NCBI GenBank assembly: GCA_000004695.1
Contig: CM000153.2
Coordinates: forward strand, 5,376,001 to 5,440,000
DNA from: Dictyostelium discoideum
Lineage: Eukaryota
Reading direction: 5' to 3'
DNA length: 64,000 nt
Shown here piece after piece: positions 49,525-64,000 of the stretch (position 1 is its first letter; each line of letters begins with the position of its first letter). The notes beneath the pieces were generated by a model that saw only the letters and a list, made by a program, of their open reading frames with translations, was not told the DNA's origin and searched no databases. The position numbers were made by a program, and so were the translations under genes.

Positions 49525-51611
49525 AAACATACCATTAATTTCAACAGAAGGTAATCGAAATGACTTTTGATTTAAAAATGAAATTGGTAAACCAATGTAA
49601 TATAAATTAACCATACCAGAAAATGTTAATACTTTCATTAATTTTCCATTTGAATCTTTTCCACCTAATACACCATCATAAATGGTTTCCCAAATTCCAT
49701 GATAATAATCACCTGATACAATATCGTTTGGTGTTAAAGTAAAGGATGATTTATCGGTATCACCTCTATATCTAATAGATTTAATTGGATATGGACCAAT
49801 AGTTGATAATGTAAATTGAAGTAAAAATTTAAAGTTACCTAAATAAACAGAGTTGAAATCTTGAATTTTTCCTACGATTGTTTCATTATATGGTACGATA
49901 TTGATTGGTTTGAATTCAATGTATTTGGAAAAAGAAATACTTATAAAGGTAAATTTCATATAATCAATAAAATATTGATATGTAATTGTTGAAACTGTTA
50001 AATTAAAATTTAAATTATTTCCTTCAGTGAATGCATAAGGGAATGGTTCAGCATAATTATTAAATTGATCAGTAGCATCATAATGTATAATTTTAAAATC
50101 ATAATCCTTATTAAAATTAAGACTAACTGTATAAGTTGTTATTGTTTTATTTTCGAAGATTGGATATGTAATATTATCTGATAATGGTAAAAATGGAGCT
50201 ATTTTTTTTTAAAATGAAAAATTGGATTAGAAATTTTTTATTATTAATTATTATTAATTATTATTATTATATTTTATATTTACTAGTAATAGAATTTGTA
50301 AAATCATAACTATTGTAATTAGGTTGACCATTTTGATAAAATAAAGAATATGAGCCAGGAAGATAGGAAAGACAAGATGCAATGAATTCAATATTACCTA
50401 AACTTCCTAAAATTGGTGTGACGATAAAATCAGTGGAACCATAAAATGATAATTGAAAGCTTGGCATATTTGTGATATTTGTTTTTGTAAGTTTGAATTT
50501 AATAATTTGACCATAAAATAATGTCATTGCTATTATATCTGTTTGGTTTGGATATAATGTAAAATCTGTAATTTCACTATCAAGAATAGTTGGTGTTGTT
50601 TCTTTTTAAAAAAAGATGATTTTTAAAATAAATTTTAATATTATTCTTATTATTTATTATTTATTATTTATTATTTATTATTTATTTATTATTTATTATT
50701 TATTATTTATTATTTATTATTTATTATTTATTATATATTATATATTATATATTATTTATTATATTTTATTGATAAATACCATATTTGTATGTTATATTAA
50801 ATGAAAGTTCATCGCCGTTAATTGGTAAAATAACTTTCCAATTGGGTGTTGTTTGAGTTCTAACAAAAGTATTAATGAATTTGATTCTATATAAATATGT
50901 ATCTGATAATTTGACAATACTATATGATGGTGCGTCTGATAAAATTATAGGTCTTGGTAATCCATTTAATTTGAAAACTGCTGAATAATATGACATTTCA
51001 TTGTATGTTATATCATTAATTAATGTAACTGATAGTTTTGATACATCAACAACTTTTTCATTTTAAAAAAAATAAAATGTCATGGTGGTAAAGAAATTAT
51101 AATTAAAAAAAAAAAAAAAAAAGTTAGGAAAAATCAAATAGAGATTTTTTATATTTTTTATTTTCATTTTTTTTGAAAATAAAAAATATAAAAAAAAAAT
51201 AAAAAATAAAAAAATTGAATAATTACAGTTGCACGAATAATTTAAATTAATATCAGATTCTGGAAATCCTGGAATTGTTACATTTGAAGTATAGGTTCCT
51301 TTTGAAATTTCAATTTCAAAGTTGTAAATAGCAGAATTTTCATTTTTAACAATTGAACTATACACAAAAAAACTTTGAGAATCTAAAAATACTTGAATTG
51401 GTGGACCAGTTTGATCAAGAATATTGATAACTAAAATATTAATTGTAATCTTACATTTAAGATCACCAATAGGTGATGGATAGGTATCTAATTCCAATTG
51501 GGAATTAATACATGAAGTTTCATACTTTTTTTGACAACTTACACAACAAAATAAATAAAAAATAAAAAATATAAAAACAAGTAAAGATCTTTTATTTATT
51601 GTTGTTGCCAT
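46690..51611 (-). CDS. Large IPT/TIG plus EGF-like type I transmembrane glycoprotein (Tgr-like). complement(join(46690..48983,49056..49433,49533..50198,50284..50601,50780..51052,51227..51611)), about 1309 aa.
   Basis: Signal peptide at 51611 (MATTINKRSLLVFIFFIFYLFCCVSCQ). Five introns of 174, 178, 85, 99 and 72 nt have GTAATT/GTATTT/GTAAAT/GTATGT/GTATGT donors and AAAAAG/AAAAAG/AATAG/TTTAG/CATAG acceptors. All ends are phase 1 and the exon-length arithmetic is consistent. All six tracked minus-strand ORFs between 46690 and 51611 are linked in frame. TIG-like GxxxxIxG blocks, TPTTTP repeats and an EGF-like module (CQGNPECGGSNQGICKDGGCICYPPFIGLTC) are present. A C-terminal TM (IAGIVIGGVAFLTVIIVCIIYYF) is followed by a basic cytoplasmic tail. 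The exon 1 donor is the least certain junction. Confidence 0.55.
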
Positions 51612-51664
51612 TTTTATATTTTAAAAATTTTATTTTTTTTTAAAATTTAAAAAAAAAGACGTAG

Positions 51665-51707
<43 letters not shown>

Positions 51708-51992
51708 ACCAGCTGCTGGATGTTTCGTGTTTATAAAAAAAAAGATTAAATATAAAAAAGTTTTTTTTTTTTGGATATTATTTCCCACCTTTGCATAAAA
51801 AAAAAAAAAATACCAGAAATACGTACTCATTTCTTAATAAAAATTTTTTTTTTTTTTTTTTTTTCCAATCAAAAAATTAATTTAAAGAATTTAATTATTT
51901 ATCCATTACATAAGAAAACCTGTCAATCAAATCACAAATGTTCAAATACCAAACAAAAAATAAATAAATTTAGTTCACACAATAAATATTTT

Positions 51993-52025
<33 letters not shown>

Positions 52026-52088
52026 GAGATCAATTTTAAGAAATTAGTAATAAAGTTGTATTTGTTTATTATTTATTATTTATTATTT

Positions 52089-52128
<40 letters not shown>

Positions 52129-52137
52129 TTTGTTTTT

Positions 52138-53051
52138 TTATTTATTTAAATTTGGATATTTTTCAAAAAGTTTATTAATATGACCTCTTTCATATATAAA
52201 GGTATTAATATTATATCTTTTGGCTGGGGCAGAATCTTTAACACTATCATCCAAATAGAGGATTTGTTTACCTAATTCTTGAAATAATGATAATTGTTGT
52301 CCAATTAATGGTTCACCATGTTTCAAGACTACATCTTTAGTTTCTTGAGGAAAACAAATCTTTATTAGATATTCAATGAAATAGTTATCAGGTTTAGTTG
52401 CACCACAATCAAAACTATAAGCTTCTGCATCGAATAATGAACGAAAATGATATTTATCTTCTAAATATTGAATTCTTGATGGAATATTACCACTGAATGC
52501 AACTAATTTATAATTATTACCTGGTTTCTTTAATGTATTCTTCATCCAATTCGATAAATCTTCATCGAGAATATATCCACGATAATAAGCTTGTTTAATT
52601 AAATCTACATCATAATTTGATGGTACTTTAGATTTCAAATAAATATTCCAAAATTCATTATCACTAATCATTCCTTTTCTTAATTGTTGTGCTTTTTCAC
52701 TAACTAATTCATCATGAATTAATACTACATCATATCCATATGAACTCCATTCTGCTTTTGCAAATTCTTTTCCTAATAATAATAAAAAAAAAAATAATAA
52801 TAATAAAAAAAAAAAAATGGAATAAATATTTTTTTTTTTTTTTATTTTATTTTATTTATTTTATTTTATTTTATTTTATTTTATTTTATTTTATTTTATT
52901 TTATTTTATTTTATTTTATTTTATTTTATTTTATTTTATTTTATTTTATTTTATTTTATTTTATTTTATTTTATTCTAAAAAAAGAATTTTTACCTGCAG
53001 AAAATAATACACCTCCTAAATCAAATGCTATACACCTAAAATTGTTATCCA
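52138..53051 (-). CDS. HAD-superfamily hydrolase-like protein. complement(join(52138..52772,52994..53051)), about 230 aa.
   Basis: Exon 1 is MDNNFRCIAFDLGGVLFSA (HAD motif-I-like FDLGGVL) followed by a GTAAAA donor. The 221-nt intron contains a (TTTTA)n microsatellite. A TATTAG acceptor leads to GKEFAKAEWSSYGYDVVLIHDELVSEKAQQLRKG, then the tracked ORF MISDNEFWN... Confidence 0.55.
52843..52974. repeat. (TTTTA)n pentanucleotide microsatellite, about 26 units, inside the HAD-gene intron.
   Basis: Perfect ttatt/tttta periodicity over about 130 bp. The tracked F/I/L/Y ORF there is an artefact. Confidence 0.9.
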
Positions 53052-53266
53052 TTGGGAATTCTTTAAAGCAATCAGAGACTGATTGTGAGGAGAGAAAAAA
53101 AAAATAAAAATTAAATTAAATTAAAATAAATTAAATTAATTTAAATTTTATTTTTTTTTTTTATTTTTTTTATTTTTTTATTTTTTTTTTAATTTCAGTG
53201 CCCAATAATATTTTTTTTTTTTTTTTTTTATTATTATTTTTTTTATTAACTTGAAAGGCACCTTGT

Positions 53267-53299
<33 letters not shown>

Positions 53300-53342
53300 G
53301 AAGATAATTATTTTAGTTGGAAAAATTTTTTTTTTAAACTAA

Positions 53343-59050
<5,708 letters not shown>

Positions 59051-59308
59051 AATAAAATATTTGTTTTTTTATTTTTTTTTTAATCAATTATTTTAATTTT
59101 TTTTAAAAGATTCCATAAAATTGAAGTTATTTTTTTATAAAAAAAAAAAAAACATATAAAATAAAAAAAAGAATAATAGAAATAAAAATTTAAATATATA
59201 TTTTTTGACCTTTAATTTTTCAAAAAAATCTTCCAGACGACCATTTGCAAATGGTAGAAATTATTGAAACGAACCAATATTGCTTTCATTTTAAAAATTT
59301 CCAAAAAA

Positions 59309-59390
59309 GTAAGCTTGCCCGAGCTGGTCTAAGGGGTTGCATTAAGGCTGCAATATCATTGATACAAGGGTTCGAATCCCTTAGCTTACA
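59309..59390 (+). tRNA. tRNA-Leu, anticodon AAG, type II, 82 nt, copy 1.
   Basis: Acceptor stem GTAAGCT/AGCTTAC. Anticodon stem TTGCA/TGCAA with loop TTAAGGC (anticodon AAG, G37). A variable arm, and a T-arm AAGGGTTCGAATCCCTT. Discriminator A. Confidence 0.85.
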
Positions 59391-59421
59391 AATAATTTTT
59401 TCAAAAAAAAAAGAGATCAGA

Positions 59422-59432
59422 GGATCGATTCC
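59422..59432 (+). promoter_or_regulatory. ex-B box (extra B-box) 32 bp downstream of tRNA-Leu copy 1.
   Basis: GGATCGATTCC, a duplicate of the T-arm B-box consensus, at the position typical for Dictyostelium tRNA genes. Confidence 0.6.
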
Positions 59433-59439
59433 ATATTGA

Positions 59440-59920
59440 AAAAAATCTCTCGAGTTGTTTGGATATGATAGATTTGAAATTTTTGGCTTGTTCGTTGTTT
59501 GTAGCTTTTTTTTCTTGTCTAATTAGTTTGAATATGTAGTTTTTGGTTCTCTCCCACGCTACGTATTGCGTTTTTTTAGTTCGTGAAATATTAATATTTC
59601 CTTTCTTGGGTTTTTGAGGGTGATTCCTTCATGAACTTTTTGTTTCTTCTTCTCCAGATGTTTTCGCATATAATGGCTATTGTATTGGATGTTAAAGAAA
59701 TACCTAGTTTGTTGAGAACTTCAATACCCCATACAATCCTGGACCTCCACTTTTCTCTTGTACGTAGTTTATGCAGTTTAAATAATTTGTAATTGAAATG
59801 AACTTTTTTTTTTGAATTATATAACGCAATTATTAGTTGCTTCTCCTTGAGCTTTGAAATGAAATAATTTTTTTTTTTTGAATTTGAAATGAAATAATAT
59901 TTTTTTTTTTTTTTTTTTCA
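59440..59920. mobile_element. Insert of about 480 bp, less AT-rich than the flanking intergenic DNA, between the two tRNA-Leu copies. Possibly a truncated tRNA-gene-targeted retroelement (TRE) remnant.
   Basis: G+T-rich, unlike the flanking spacer. It ends in a T-run about 15 bp upstream of tRNA copy 2 and begins just after the ex-B box of copy 1, both known TRE5/TRE3 integration positions. It contains an internal 24-bp direct repeat (TTTGAAATGAAATAAT...). No ORF or recognisable module, so the identity is a guess. Confidence 0.2.
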
Positions 59921-59935
59921 GAAATTTTCAAAAAA

Positions 59936-60017
59936 GTAAGCTTGCCCGAGCTGGTCTAAGGGGTTGCATTAAGGCTGCAATATCATTGATACAAGGGTTC
60001 GAATCCCTTAGCTTACA
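59936..60017 (+). tRNA. tRNA-Leu(AAG), copy 2, identical to copy 1.
   Basis: Same 82-nt sequence. The duplicated unit is about 140 bp: about 20 bp of 5' flank, the tRNA, and the ex-B box. Confidence 0.85.
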
Positions 60018-60050
60018 ATTAATTTTTCAAAAAAAAAAAAAGAGATCAGA

Positions 60051-60061
60051 GGATCGAATCC
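60051..60061 (+). promoter_or_regulatory. ex-B box 34 bp downstream of tRNA-Leu copy 2.
   Basis: GGATCGAATCC. Confidence 0.6.
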
Positions 60062-60308
60062 AGTGTTACGAAAAATTGATTTTATATTTTATTTTTATTT
60101 TATTTTTATTTTATTTTTATTTTTTTATTTTCGGTATTAACAAACCGAACTTCGTAAAAATAGCAATATATTTTACACCAGATTGAAAACAATGGTAAAA
60201 TTAATAAACCAAAATTTCCATGCGAAGTTCATCAATCTTTATCTCAATCAATCACTCTTTAAGATTATTTCAATAGTAGTATTTTCTATGCTCAGATCCT
60301 AAACTTCA

Positions 60309-60491
60309 CTAAAAAAAATAGGTAAATATTGATATTGATATTGATTTTGATTCTGTGAAATTTTCAATTGTTTTCCTAGAATTTTTATTTAACTCTTGTT
60401 GGAAATCATTAAACTTTCTGTGTGCATCATTGAACTGAAAAATATTAAGTACCCCAGCCAAAACTGCTATATTTTTTAATTTTATGAACAT
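60309..60491 (-). CDS. Speculative small secreted peptide, about 60 aa.
   Basis: ATG at 60491 opens MFIKLKNIAVLAGVLNIFQF (signal-peptide-like), then NDAHRKFNDFQQELNKNSRKTIENFTESKSISISI... The upstream part of the tracked ORF is poly-A derived. Confidence 0.2.
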   Translation of the reverse strand: MFIKLKNIAVLAGVLNIFQFNDAHRKFNDFQQELNKNSRKTIENFTESKSISISIFTYFF

Positions 60492-60719
60492 ATTTTTATT
60501 TTTTAAATTTCTCTTTTGATAGCTGTTGGACTTGATTTTCATTCAAAATATTGTAGAATAAAATCAATCTTTAGTATTAAAAATTTTTGATTATTAATTA
60601 AAATGAAACCATAGTGGAGAAAGGAACTCCTTAAAATAATTTAAAAAAATAAATAATTCCTTAAGGAATTAATTGAAATAATTGATTTTATTCATGAAAT
60701 AATAAAAATTTAATATATT

Positions 60720-60756
<37 letters not shown>

Positions 60757-60816
60757 GGTGACCTTTTTATTTCTATTTTTTGATTTCTATTTTGAAAATA
60801 ATTTAGATTTGATTAA

Positions 60817-60855
<39 letters not shown>

Positions 60856-61287
60856 GTTCTGGTAATTATTTAGATTTAATTATAATTCTGCATAAAAAAG
60901 AAATCTTTTCTACAACTGCTCGATCAATTAGTACCAACTGAGGCATTCGATTTATTAGAAAAGTCCACTTTTATTTATTTATATAATACTATTATTGGTT
61001 ATCAAATTAATAAAAAAAATTTTTTTATAATAAATTTCTTTATTTTTATAAATAGATTTTATAATAAATTAAAAAAATATATATGTAATGAAATTGAATG
61101 ATGTATTCGGATTGTATTTTATTGTATACAAATATAAAGAAAAATAAAAATATCTATTAATTAAATTAATTATATTTTTTTTTATTTTTATTTTTTTATT
61201 TATTTTTTTTATACCAACTTTTTTATTTTACACAAAATTTTTTTTTTTTTTATTTTTGATAACTATATCTAACTTCTTTTGATTTAC

Positions 61288-61344
<57 letters not shown>

Positions 61345-61469
61345 GAAGTTATTTTCAAAAGGTGGTTTTGATAAAATTAATTTTTTTTTTTTTTTTTTTT
61401 TTTTAAATTTCCAATTTTTATTATTTTTTATTTATTTATTTCATACCCACATTAATAATAGAAAAAAAT

Positions 61470-64000
<2,531 letters not shown>

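Overview
The window is Dictyostelium-type eukaryotic nuclear DNA: very AT-rich, with poly(A)/poly(T) spacers, (AAT)n tracts that encode poly-Asn, and short AT-rich GT...AG introns. The ORF track appears to call TTG/GTG starts as M. All gene calls come from reading the sequence and from remembered protein families; nothing was searched.

It is a gene-dense chromosomal arm segment and contains no prokaryotic-style system (no operon, CRISPR array or defence island). I reconstructed about 24 protein-coding genes, most with 1-5 small introns.

Conserved genes, with proposed exon joins given in the features:
- a GNL3/nucleostemin-like circularly permuted GTPase
- DNA polymerase kappa
- nuclear cap-binding protein CBP20
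- Ubc9 (SUMO E2), whose first exon is only the ATG
- a prenylcysteine-oxidase-like gene
- Elf1/ELOF1
- a TRAPPC11 homolog
- cysteinyl-tRNA synthetase
- an AlbA_2/Schlafen-like protein
- profilin I
- a spastin-like AAA ATPase
- a HAD-like hydrolase
- an SHPRH-like SNF2/PHD/RING helicase
- a short-chain dehydrogenase

Other coding content:
- two IPT/TIG + EGF + transmembrane Tgr-like surface-protein genes, one with 6 exons and about 1309 aa
- two further secreted/membrane glycoprotein genes at 12100..15276 and 15671..17263
- several small hypothetical genes and a 3'-truncated gene at the right edge

RNA genes and repeats:
- two minus-strand copies of a roughly 185-nt U3-like (D2) snoRNA candidate, each preceded by a DUSE promoter motif
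- two tandem tRNA-Leu(AAG) genes with downstream ex-B boxes, flanking a 480-bp insert that is less AT-rich than its surroundings
- microsatellites and G/T-rich G-box/CAE-like promoter elements
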